IMG/VR virus record: IMGVR_UViG_3300027861_000018
Span: 1 to 64,000 of that record
Reading direction: 5' to 3' (one strand)
DNA length: 64,000 bases
Origin: a virus
Shown here: positions 27,613 through 36,319 of the stretch, piece after piece
Position numbering within the stretch: the stretch's first letter is position 1
How the letters are laid out: every line of letters begins with the position of its first letter
Made by a program: the position numbers and the translations under genes
Notes under the pieces: model-generated
Databases searched by the model: none
What the model saw: only the letters and a program-made list of their open reading frames with translations
Told to the model about the DNA's origin: nothing

Positions 27613-28566
27613 CTACCTATCAGACAGGAATAGTGGCTTGTTGACATTGATTGTTGCGTCCGGGTTCCTGCCCCAGTTGGTCTGAACCATGGCGTGGCGC
27701 ACCTGTTTCCACGACCACACGCGCACAATGTCGCTGTGGACCGGCAAAGACTGATTCCACGGCTGATCCATCAGCAAGACCGGCTTGACGTGGTGGGTGA
27801 CCAACTCCAAGCAGTGCTTGTCACGGTCCTCCACGAATGCGACCACCTGTGCCGGCATGATGCTCTGGTGCACAGCATCCCACTTGTCCTTGTTGAAGAG
27901 CAGGATGTCGCACGGCACGCCGTTGTCTTGTAGCCATTGCACGGTATCGGGCCGCACCCGGGCATGCTCCCATACAGGCCGAGCGGTGACGATGGCCACC
28001 AAGCACCCTGCCTCCTGGGCTTGGATGAGCGCCTCTTTGGCCCCCGGCACGAGATCCAAGGTTTGGAACCCGCCATCAGCATACCACTGCGCCTTCTTCT
28101 CTTCAGTGGAGAGAGTGCCGACCGTTGGGTTGCCGTACTGGCCGCCGGTGGCCTCAAAAAATTTGGACAAGTCGGCGACGCAGCTGTCGAGGTCTGTGAC
28201 AAACACTCGCCTACCCGCCAACTCCACGCGGTATTGATGGAACTTCTGCTCCACATCCAAGGTCTTGGCGGCAAATCGTTTGCTGATTTGCTTTGGAGTC
28301 ATGCCGGCAAGGTGAGCGATTGCCATCGCATACTTGAGCACATCAACCATTTCTTCCACGGCATTGCCGCCGTGCCCTCTCTCTTGCCTCACGACGTGAG
28401 GCTTGCGCCGTAGGCTGCGCGCAAGCTCGGTCGCCTCTTCATGCAGGCCCAGCAGCAACTCATCCATGTATGCAGAGCGTTCTGCGTCGGTCATGAGGTC
28501 ACGGTCATACCACAGCGTCTGCTGTGCAGCCTGTGCCACAAAAAGGTCTTCAATGGTCGTTGTCAT
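27613..28566 (-). CDS. all-alpha dUTPase/MazG-type NTP pyrophosphatase fused to a HAD (5'-nucleotidase-like) phosphatase
   Basis: N-terminal LHEEATEL...KPH...EEMVDVLKY; C-terminal DLDSCVAD, IVTARP, FVEDR. Confidence 0.82.
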   Translation of the reverse strand: MTTTIEDLFVAQAAQQTLWYDRDLMTDAERSAYMDELLLGLHEEATELARSLRRKPHVVRQERGHGGNAVEEMVDVLKYAMAIAHLAGMTPKQISKRFAAKTLDVEQKFHQYRVELAGRRVFVTDLDSCVADLSKFFEATGGQYGNPTVGTLSTEEKKAQWYADGGFQTLDLVPGAKEALIQAQEAGCLVAIVTARPVWEHARVRPDTVQWLQDNGVPCDILLFNKDKWDAVHQSIMPAQVVAFVEDRDKHCLELVTHHVKPVLLMDQPWNQSLPVHSDIVRVWSWKQVRHAMVQTNWGRNPDATINVNKPLFLSDR

Positions 28567-28841
28567 TCCGCCTCCTCTTCAGGCTCGTCTACATCCGAGT
28601 TGTCACACATGTACTTCACGCCTGTCCCGACAAGGGGGTGCACAGCGCAAGGCACCAAGGTCCCGGGTGCGCACTTTGCGACCAGCGTGTGGGCGCGGTC
28701 CGGCTTGATGCTGATTGCGGCCATGCAGTCTACCTCAATCACCCTTGTCGGCTTGGCATCAAATGCCAGAAACGTATCTGTCAAGATGCCGAGGGCAGCG
28801 GCAATACCGATAGCGACAACAGCCCAGCGCACTCTAGTCAT
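28563..28841 (-). CDS. small membrane-anchored Cys-containing protein
   Basis: N-terminal hydrophobic helix; ATGA-coupled on both sides. Confidence 0.6.
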   Translation of the reverse strand: MTRVRWAVVAIGIAAALGILTDTFLAFDAKPTRVIEVDCMAAISIKPDRAHTLVAKCAPGTLVPCAVHPLVGTGVKYMCDNSDVDEPEEEAE

Positions 28842-29806
28842 GCGGTCAACTCCTCGTGGCAAGCGTCGACCACCTGATCCACTGTGATGCGTGAATTCCA
28901 TTGCGCAAAACGCCCTGCCAATCGAATATTTGACCCAGAGCCAGCGCGCCAAGTGCGCCAAGTCACAGGGTGAAGGTGCCCCGGCAGCTGGCGCGGTGGC
29001 GCGAGCAACGTACTGCCCAGACGGGCTAAGTCGACGGCCAAGGAGTGCGTGCTGCGATCATTCCACTCAAGCTCCAATGCGATGTTGCCATCATCATCAA
29101 CAACAGGGCGAACCCTGTGAATTGCCTCCAGCCATGGCGTGTACGTGTAATCGTAATGCCCCAGATGCGCCGTTCTGCCGGTGAGCGAGATTCTGGCGAC
29201 CTTGAGCCACTCATGGGGGCACACGGGCGCTTCCCTGCCCTCCAGCTGAAGCAACTTGGCCAAAATGGGGAGTGGCACCGTGCTCGTGATGCGGCCGCTG
29301 GCGCTCTCGATCCATCGACGTGGACCAACACATGCCATAGGACCTGATATGACTGTCGCGTGCGCCTGTATGATGTCGCAGTGTCGCTCCACCAAGCCAA
29401 ACAGACGGCTGAAGTCTGTCAAGACTCGCTCGCCCCCAGTGCCGCCAAAATTCATGACGCCCGGCCCATATCCTTCATAGGTCCCGCGAGTCTTGCCATA
29501 ATGCAAGCGCTGGACCGCCTCCAGGTGACCGCCCAAGCCTTGAGGATAGGGCAGCACCCGGCCTTTATGTGTGAGCACCCCTCCGCTCATTGCCTTCAGC
29601 GTGAAGTCCATCTTGTGCGCGTGCAGCAGAGCCCTCACCCCGACGCTATTGCGAAGGTATTGGAAACCGCCCTTGGCATAGCTACCACCCAGATGGCTGG
29701 GCTCAATGACAGCAACTGTCTCGCCCTTCCTCCATGCGGCAAGGGATAAAGCGATGAGGCAGCCAGACATGCCGCCGCCCAAGATCACGTGGTCATAGTG
29801 CGCCAT
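28838..29806 (-). CDS. FAD/NAD(P)-binding oxidoreductase
   Basis: Rossmann VILGGGMSG...VIE...GG, STVPL, C-terminal LAGRFAQW. Confidence 0.85.
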   Translation of the reverse strand: MAHYDHVILGGGMSGCLIALSLAAWRKGETVAVIEPSHLGGSYAKGGFQYLRNSVGVRALLHAHKMDFTLKAMSGGVLTHKGRVLPYPQGLGGHLEAVQRLHYGKTRGTYEGYGPGVMNFGGTGGERVLTDFSRLFGLVERHCDIIQAHATVISGPMACVGPRRWIESASGRITSTVPLPILAKLLQLEGREAPVCPHEWLKVARISLTGRTAHLGHYDYTYTPWLEAIHRVRPVVDDDGNIALELEWNDRSTHSLAVDLARLGSTLLAPPRQLPGHLHPVTWRTWRAGSGSNIRLAGRFAQWNSRITVDQVVDACHEELTA

Positions 29807-30852
29807 TAGGCAATACTCTCTGTTATGCGCGGCCAGTCACCGCTCTTGATGATCCGTGCCAATACTCGCGCGACTTGGCTCACGTGACGCTCCTCGACCC
29901 CCTCAATGACGGTTGGTCGTCGGGCATCCTTCCACCGCTTGACGCGCAACGTCTTGGGCAAAACAGCCCTGGCCATCTCCACCATTGCATCAGGCGCTAC
30001 CAATTGAATCTTGATCATGGGCTGACGCTTGGATGGATACAGATACATCACGGCCAATGGAGTCGCCTTGGCGTTGTTCTTGCGGACGTACATCACATAG
30101 TGATCGCTTCTGCGAAGCCTGTCCCGGTAGAACATGCCCCCAGCGTGACACCGGTGTCGATACTCTCCAGCAAATTCAACAGGGATTGCTCTGGCAAAGG
30201 CCGCCATCATCTTCTTGGCGATGGCTCGTGACTCAGCATACACATACGGGTCGTGAGGGAACCCGATGCGCGGGCGGGGTGAGCCAGGCTTGCTTGATGC
30301 GGTGACCTCTTGCTTGCTCTGCGCATCAGGCGTGGGCTGGGTGGGCCGAAGCACAACTGACCGATACTGAGTGGCAGAAGGCGGTCCTTCAGCATCATCA
30401 TCGGCCGCCATGAACCATATCGTCCGCTCTGGAGTCGTGTTGACCGCGGCTGACCTGATTTGAATCTTGCGACACATATTGCGCCAGACACAGGGCGGCT
30501 CGGCCCCGGGGCCGATCAGGCCGTCGCAAGTTGGGTCGCCGGGCTCATGGTGGCCGACACACCCAGGGTTGTTGAATCTGTGCCTGGCTGCTGCCGCCCA
30601 GTGGGGCAACCCCTCCGGAATGGACCCGTGCTCCACCCACGTCACAGTTGCCGTCTGCTTGTTCACAGCAACGCATACGCGCCCCCACTCATACGTCTCG
30701 ACGAGCAGACTCCATCCCTTGTCCCTCAGGCGCACAGGGCGATGCTGCTTGGTTGGCCTGGGGTCCAGCCCGAAGGCTGCGATGTAGTCATGGACCATCT
30801 TGGCATCCATGCGGGCGCCAATGGCGACACGGTATAGCGTTTCAGACTTCAT
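29806..30852 (-). CDS. hypothetical protein with a 4-Cys module
   Basis: TAATG coupling; PGCVGHHEPGDPTC...CVWRNMC. Confidence 0.7.
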   Translation of the reverse strand: MKSETLYRVAIGARMDAKMVHDYIAAFGLDPRPTKQHRPVRLRDKGWSLLVETYEWGRVCVAVNKQTATVTWVEHGSIPEGLPHWAAAARHRFNNPGCVGHHEPGDPTCDGLIGPGAEPPCVWRNMCRKIQIRSAAVNTTPERTIWFMAADDDAEGPPSATQYRSVVLRPTQPTPDAQSKQEVTASSKPGSPRPRIGFPHDPYVYAESRAIAKKMMAAFARAIPVEFAGEYRHRCHAGGMFYRDRLRRSDHYVMYVRKNNAKATPLAVMYLYPSKRQPMIKIQLVAPDAMVEMARAVLPKTLRVKRWKDARRPTVIEGVEERHVSQVARVLARIIKSGDWPRITESIA

Positions 30853-31528
30853 AGCCGCGCTCCCTGAGCAGTGCTCTGGCAGCCCTGCGAATGCGCCCTG
30901 CTTCGCACTCCACCTGCCCGTATGTCATGTCCAAGTACATGGCGATGTGCCGCTTGGTGACCTTGAACACACCTGAATTGCCTGTCAGGTTACGCACCAT
31001 GGCGTGAAGCTCCCAGTCAGGATTGACCATTGCCTTGAGAATCTTGCGTTGGCCTTTGTTGAGACGAGCCATCAACAAGATGACTATGGTGCGCGCCTCC
31101 GTATTGCCCTCCCCATAGTCAGCCACCTGCTCTGGGGTCAAGCCGCTGATCCCCTGTGCCGGCAAGCTGTCGACGTATCTGCTGCTGCCATCCTCTGACA
31201 CCAGGCGGTCCAGCGAGCAGGGGCGGCGAGGCACCTTGTTCCACTCGCCTGTCCCCACGTCCTGCTCCCACACCCTCGGCATGCGCATCAGAGCATATGC
31301 CTTGTTGGCGATGTTCCGATACTCATTGTCCAAGAAATACCCCACATAATTGGGGAGCTTCACGCCCTTGCTTGGGTCGTATGTCTGAACTGCGCGATGG
31401 GCGTGCCAACGCCCTTCTTGGAGCAGGTCGGCATACTCGCCCACGCCCTTGCGCACCAGGACACGGACCTTGAAATGGATGAGGCCGATGAATTGCGGCT
31501 CGACATCCTCATATCTCAGATTGTTCAT
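30842..31528 (-). CDS. phage sigma70-family RNA polymerase sigma factor
   Basis: Region 2 DLLQEG...AVQTYDPSKGVKL..Y, SLD, region 4 HTH IAMYLDMTYGQV. Confidence 0.85.
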   Translation of the reverse strand: MNNLRYEDVEPQFIGLIHFKVRVLVRKGVGEYADLLQEGRWHAHRAVQTYDPSKGVKLPNYVGYFLDNEYRNIANKAYALMRMPRVWEQDVGTGEWNKVPRRPCSLDRLVSEDGSSRYVDSLPAQGISGLTPEQVADYGEGNTEARTIVILLMARLNKGQRKILKAMVNPDWELHAMVRNLTGNSGVFKVTKRHIAMYLDMTYGQVECEAGRIRRAARALLRERGYEV

Positions 31529-31543
31529 TTTGTACTCCAGGGG

Positions 31544-33559
31544 TTATGCGTGTCGGTGGAGGTTGAACCAGTGGGGCGCGACCTCTAATATCATGTCAGC
31601 CAATTGGCCTAAGTTGTTGCAGGTGCGGTGATTGGGGTAGTAGTGGCGCACGGAATCATCCATGATTCCGAACCCCCAAACCTCAATGCCAGCTGATATC
31701 GCTGCGGCAATGCACGCCTTGAGCTCGCGGCGCATTTTCGCCGAGTTGCCTGGCGCTGCGGGTTGGCCGTCAGACAAGACCATCAAGATGCGGCGCTTGG
31801 CTCTGCGGCACCGCAGCTCTTGGAGAGCCCACTTGACCGAGTCTGGGTCAGCATTCTCCCACAGCCTAACCTCTGCTGCCACGCGGCTGCGAACCTGCGA
31901 CCAGTTCTCATCCCAATCGCACCAGTTGTAGTGCTCAATGGGCGACAGACGACCGTAATGATGCGTGTGCGTGTAACTTCCGGTGATGGAGTTGCCTGCC
32001 GTGAAACCTGTGGCACTAAGCTGAATGCTGTTAGGCGTTGTCCTGTTGATGGAATCCAGCAAGTCACCCAGAAGCAGGATGCCCTGCTGCATCAGGGCGA
32101 ATTTGGAACCTGCCATGGAGCCAGAGCAGTCGCCCAACAGCTTGATAGCCACATCATGCGTCTCGCCCGGCACCAGGCGTGTCCTGATGTTATCGACTGG
32201 GCGCCCTGCTTCGCGGATGTTTGCGCGCCACATGGCGCGGCGGTCAAGTCGCCCGTGGCGCTGAGCATATACCTTTGTGGACTGAGACCGCGTAGCCAGC
32301 AAGGTGCGCATCCTAGCAGACAGCGTGGCCGACTCCTTGCTAACCCCCTTCGCGATGCGCTCTGCCGCAGATAGGGTGGCCGCTGTGACGGCTGGCGTCG
32401 CAATCATATCCTTCTTGGCTGCGCCGGGGTGCACCGTGTAGTCGGTCATCCCATCCGCCTTGGCCGTGTTGGTGGGCGCAGCGCCAGCTTGCCTGATTAT
32501 GGCTTCATCAATCGCTTCATGAATAGGCGACTCAGTGTCAGTGAGCGTGAGAGACCCGGCCTTGAGCGCCCTAAGTGCCTTCAAGACCTCCTCTGCTGAC
32601 ACTGGCGCCATGTCTGGGCTCTCGGCGCTCTTGTCGCGCTTGGCGCCTCCACCCCCTTCATCCCCTTCATCCCCTTCACCCTCTTCACCCTCTTCACCCT
32701 CTTCAGCAGGGGCCTCGCTGTCACCGCCTGGCGACATCATACCTTTCAACTCTTCATCAGGGATGGAAGTGCCGGCGCTGTAAAGCGCGTCAGCATAGCA
32801 CAGCGCCAGATTCCAAGCATCCCAAACGCTCCCAAGGGTCTCTGGACTGAGCAAGGCATGGAAGCCGTCAAGAGCCTTCAACACGGTCAGGGACTCTTGG
32901 CACAAGAAGCTGTAATCATAACCCCAGGCGTGGAAGATGATCCCGCACCCAACCTGATACGTTGGGTCAACTGATCTGGGATTAGCTGCCAGCTTCTTGC
33001 CCCAACTCCGATGGGCGTGATCACGCCCGGCCTTGAGGTGCTGCGCCACGCCTCGATAACGCTCACCAGCCCGCCGCTCAATTCGCACATCCTCCACCAC
33101 ATTGAACATCATAGCAACAAGATTGGCGCCAAGTAGTCCGGCGACGACATTCAGAAGGCCGACAGGGGTGGTGCGATAGGTGCATCGGGTCCCTGGCGGC
33201 AGGGCGAGTAATTTGATGTGGTCTGTGACTATGAGGCACGTCCTCTCCCAGATGGCGGCATTGATGGCAACTGACGCCCTGTCGGCCGCGGCGTGCTCTG
33301 CCTCCACCTGCACTTTGACGTGCTCTGATTCATGATTGACCTTGGCCCACACCAAGTCCATATCTTCATCAGCCAGCTCTGCGACGTTTGTCGGCAGAGT
33401 GACCGTCCCTAGCATGTCAGTCTTGCACTGACCTGACTGGAAGATGACTCGCAGGTCGTGGCGGTCACTGAACGTTTGGGCGATACGCTCAAGGCGCCCC
33501 CCTATGAGGGGCAATCGCGTCTCAATGGACTTGGCATTCTTGATAGCAGCTTTTGCCAC
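31544..33559 (-). CDS. CobT-like vWA protein with N-terminal HExxH
   Basis: HESEH...NVVEDVRIE, acidic linker, GRLDRR, MIDAS DCSGSM and LSDGQP. Confidence 0.88.
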   Translation of the reverse strand: MAKAAIKNAKSIETRLPLIGGRLERIAQTFSDRHDLRVIFQSGQCKTDMLGTVTLPTNVAELADEDMDLVWAKVNHESEHVKVQVEAEHAAADRASVAINAAIWERTCLIVTDHIKLLALPPGTRCTYRTTPVGLLNVVAGLLGANLVAMMFNVVEDVRIERRAGERYRGVAQHLKAGRDHAHRSWGKKLAANPRSVDPTYQVGCGIIFHAWGYDYSFLCQESLTVLKALDGFHALLSPETLGSVWDAWNLALCYADALYSAGTSIPDEELKGMMSPGGDSEAPAEEGEEGEEGEGDEGDEGGGGAKRDKSAESPDMAPVSAEEVLKALRALKAGSLTLTDTESPIHEAIDEAIIRQAGAAPTNTAKADGMTDYTVHPGAAKKDMIATPAVTAATLSAAERIAKGVSKESATLSARMRTLLATRSQSTKVYAQRHGRLDRRAMWRANIREAGRPVDNIRTRLVPGETHDVAIKLLGDCSGSMAGSKFALMQQGILLLGDLLDSINRTTPNSIQLSATGFTAGNSITGSYTHTHHYGRLSPIEHYNWCDWDENWSQVRSRVAAEVRLWENADPDSVKWALQELRCRRAKRRILMVLSDGQPAAPGNSAKMRRELKACIAAAISAGIEVWGFGIMDDSVRHYYPNHRTCNNLGQLADMILEVAPHWFNLHRHA

Positions 33560-33602
33560 GGCGCACTCCTGGTTGCGGGCATAGGGGGCGACCCGCTCAG
33601 CT

Positions 33603-33641
33603 ACCTTAGCTGAAGCGCCGCCACAAGGCTAATTAATTTTA
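33603..33641 (-). promoter_or_regulatory. class A promoter (A/T tract, TAGCCT-17-TAAGGT)
   Basis: -10 at 33603-33608, -35 at 33626-33631. Confidence 0.55.
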
Positions 33642-33685
33642 TGGCATTCGCCGATAACGCTGGCTGATGCCAAGCGCGACCAAGC

Positions 33686-35044
33686 TCAACGGCCGACCAC
33701 CTGACGGATGATGTCACCCACCGTCTTGTGATCTGGGTCTGCCGGATCAATGCCATTGGTGACACTAAGCCGAGCTGCCAGATGAATGTTCTTTGTGGCG
33801 TGCGCGAGACGCGCCCACACCAGCGACTTCCGCGGGCTGATTGAAGCTCGACAACGCGCCTTGGCCTTGGCTTCATTGACCTTGATCGCTGTCTGAACAA
33901 TCATCTTGGCGTCGGAAAGTGCGATGGATGTCTTTCCAACCAGCATCTTGACCCACACCTTGTCAGCTGGGTACGCGTGGCGCATCTTGATGCCCCATCG
34001 ATCCAGCGCTGCTGCATTGAGGACGAATGTGCCAGCATAGTCGCCAGTCATATCACCTTGCCCAGACGTGTTGGCGCTTGCCATGATGCGGAAAGCAGGG
34101 TGTGCGTCGACCACTTCGCCGCTAGCGAGGAGCAATTGACAGTGAGGTTTGCCGTCAGCAATGGCCTTCAATGGGTCGTGGTGGCGCTCAGTCAACCTCT
34201 GCAAGACCGTGTGCACCTGGGGCGGCGCAGCGTCAATCTCATCAATCAGAAGCAGATGGCCGCGGCGCATGGCGGTTACCACAGGGCCATCTTCCCATGC
34301 TGTGACGACACTCCCCTCATCGGTCTCGACCATGACCACGTCACCAACAAGATCAGATGGGCGCATATCCCCATAGAAATTGACCCTGGTCACGGGTTGA
34401 TTCGACAGGGCGCTGATGATGTTGACCAGCGAAGTCTTGCCGCTTCCGGTGGGCCCAATGATGAGCACATTTTCAACCATGGCGATGCCCAGGGCAATCT
34501 GCGCCAGAGCTGCCTCGACGCTCCCGCTGATCTCATATCGGTCGTCGTAAGGTGCGACCATGGATGCATCCGCAGCACCCCACCCATCCCAGATACCAAG
34601 GCGTGCCTTGGCCGAACCGCACGGAAGCTCCATCCATTTCGTGACTCGCGGACCAATGTGCCCGAGCGGCGCCGGCGCTGCCGCAAGCGAACTGCTCAGC
34701 GAAACCCCCTCTTCAGATGCGGGTGCGGGCGCTGGGGTGGGTGCTGGCTCTGGTGCAGGAGGACGGGCAGCACCCTTGGCTCCGGCTCTGATGCGGGCCG
34801 CATTGTACGCGCTCTGCGTCGGCGCTCCCGGATACTTGAGCCGATATGCCTCCACGCGGTCAAGTCCAGGTTTCAACATCTCTGGATGAGCCTTTCCCAG
34901 ATGGACGGGCAGAGCGTGAAGCCTGCGCCCGCACTCGCAGCAAATGATTTTGTCGGCGCGACTTGTCTCATCACGTCCCATGGTGGTCGCCATGATCACC
35001 CTGTCTCGCAGCGACAGGTCTGCGATATCGATACGCTTGCTCAT
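33686..35044 (-). CDS. MoxR/CobS-like AAA+ ATPase with N-terminal MucR-like Zn finger
   Basis: GPTGSGKTS, DLVG, WEDGP, LLIDEID, FRIMASANT, LDRW, SPR; ICCECG...LPVHL...H...AYRLKYP; GGAG SD. Confidence 0.9.
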   Translation of the reverse strand: MSKRIDIADLSLRDRVIMATTMGRDETSRADKIICCECGRRLHALPVHLGKAHPEMLKPGLDRVEAYRLKYPGAPTQSAYNAARIRAGAKGAARPPAPEPAPTPAPAPASEEGVSLSSSLAAAPAPLGHIGPRVTKWMELPCGSAKARLGIWDGWGAADASMVAPYDDRYEISGSVEAALAQIALGIAMVENVLIIGPTGSGKTSLVNIISALSNQPVTRVNFYGDMRPSDLVGDVVMVETDEGSVVTAWEDGPVVTAMRRGHLLLIDEIDAAPPQVHTVLQRLTERHHDPLKAIADGKPHCQLLLASGEVVDAHPAFRIMASANTSGQGDMTGDYAGTFVLNAAALDRWGIKMRHAYPADKVWVKMLVGKTSIALSDAKMIVQTAIKVNEAKAKARCRASISPRKSLVWARLAHATKNIHLAARLSVTNGIDPADPDHKTVGDIIRQVVGR

Positions 35045-35068
35045 CCGTGTACTCCAGTGTGCCGTGGC

Positions 35069-35097
35069 GCCGGGGTTGCCGGGGTTGCCGGGGTTGC
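35069..35097. repeat. 9-bp tandem repeat (GCCGGGGTT x3)
   Basis: Directly visible in the leader of the AAA+ gene. Confidence 0.9.
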
Positions 35098-35112
35098 GCG
35101 TTGACTGACGGA

Positions 35113-35153
35113 ACCTTAACTGAGCAAGGCACCTTGCGGCTACAACTTTTTTT
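35113..35153 (-). promoter_or_regulatory. class A promoter (A-tract, TAGCCG-18-TAAGGT)
   Basis: -10 at 35113-35118, -35 at 35137-35142; inverted repeat GCAAGG-N2-CCTTGC in the spacer. Confidence 0.55.
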
Positions 35154-35174
35154 GCCTTAAAGCAATATCTGTGC

Positions 35175-36182
35175 TCAATCCCAAGGATTGTGAAAGAGCT
35201 TTGCTGCGGCAGCAAGTCCATCAAGCGGAGTGGCAACGAGCGCGGCCTCAATAATGTGACGGCGGGCAGCCTTTTTGTTGGCCACAGTATCGGGGTCAAT
35301 GCCGCGAGGCAACTTGACCACCTTCATTGAGCGGAATCGATGAGCAATGTGAGAGCATTTGACCACCACGTCTTGGTATGCCTCGCCATCAGGCACCACA
35401 ATTAGCTCTGGCGGGTCCAGCTCAGCCAATAATTCCACTTGTGGGTCCCGCAAGTGGCTGCCGAAATAAGGGCACGACTGGAAGCCCCAGCCATCCCATC
35501 GTATGGCGTCAAAAATGCCCTCCATCACGTATACGGGGGCACCTGGGTCCAATCTGTCAAAGCCGCCCAAGAAATTGGCTTGGAGGGTCCCTGGGTTGAG
35601 ATACTTGAATTTGGACCTGCCGGACATGTCCCGAGCAACAAAGCTCGTCATGCCGCCGCACACAACAGGAATGACCACGCGCTCGCGATACTTGCCACTC
35701 ATGCAGTAGCCCATCCCCCAACGTCTAGCAGCTGATTGATTGATGCCCCTGTTCTTCAAGTATGGCGGGATGCGATAGGTGTTGCGACCCCTGTCCCAGC
35801 AAGGCCTGAAGCCCGGCGGCATCGGCACCGAGAGATCAACGGCAGCGGCGGCGCTAAGCGTCCCATCCTTCAAAGACTGGAACATCTGGGCCAGCTCTGA
35901 CATTGGTCGAGCTTTGATGATGCCGCGAGCGAAGCGCCCAACGACCTCCACCGCTTGGGCGTATCCGCAACCCTCAATCTGCATCACCAGGGCGGCAATG
36001 TTGCCTCGTGCTTTGCAGTGCCCGGAATAGCAGTTGAACTTCAACTTGCGAATATTCACATACATCTTGTCGGACCGACCGCAGAAGAGGCAACTGCGCA
36101 AGACCAATTCATCCCCATCCCGGTGCTTTTGACGGCGCAGGACAGAGAGATTCCTGAGCAGATAGTCTTCTGCCGCACTCAC
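35175..36182 (-). CDS. DNA primase (Zn finger plus TOPRIM)
   Basis: CLFC...FNCYSGHC, YLKNRGI, RVVIPV, KYLNP, VMEGIFDA, DPD. Confidence 0.9.
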   Translation of the reverse strand: MSAAEDYLLRNLSVLRRQKHRDGDELVLRSCLFCGRSDKMYVNIRKLKFNCYSGHCKARGNIAALVMQIEGCGYAQAVEVVGRFARGIIKARPMSELAQMFQSLKDGTLSAAAAVDLSVPMPPGFRPCWDRGRNTYRIPPYLKNRGINQSAARRWGMGYCMSGKYRERVVIPVVCGGMTSFVARDMSGRSKFKYLNPGTLQANFLGGFDRLDPGAPVYVMEGIFDAIRWDGWGFQSCPYFGSHLRDPQVELLAELDPPELIVVPDGEAYQDVVVKCSHIAHRFRSMKVVKLPRGIDPDTVANKKAARRHIIEAALVATPLDGLAAAAKLFHNPWD

Positions 36183-36319
36183 GGATCACACAGCACGCTT
36201 GAGGAATGACCTGCTTGGGCGTGGCCGCGCGTTGCAAGGGAGACAAGCAAAAAAATTGCGGTCATCATCGCGCACCTCTGGAATTGGGCACAAGCGCCCT
36301 TGGTGATTATATCCCCATC

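Noticed and set aside
32650-32705. CCCTTCA/CTCTTCA tandem repeats
   Set aside because: They simply encode the Glu/Gly acidic linker of the CobT-like protein
31544-35044. Cobalamin biosynthesis (cobS/cobT) interpretation
   Set aside because: No cobN or other cob genes; phage MoxR-vWA pairs are not evidence of B12 synthesis
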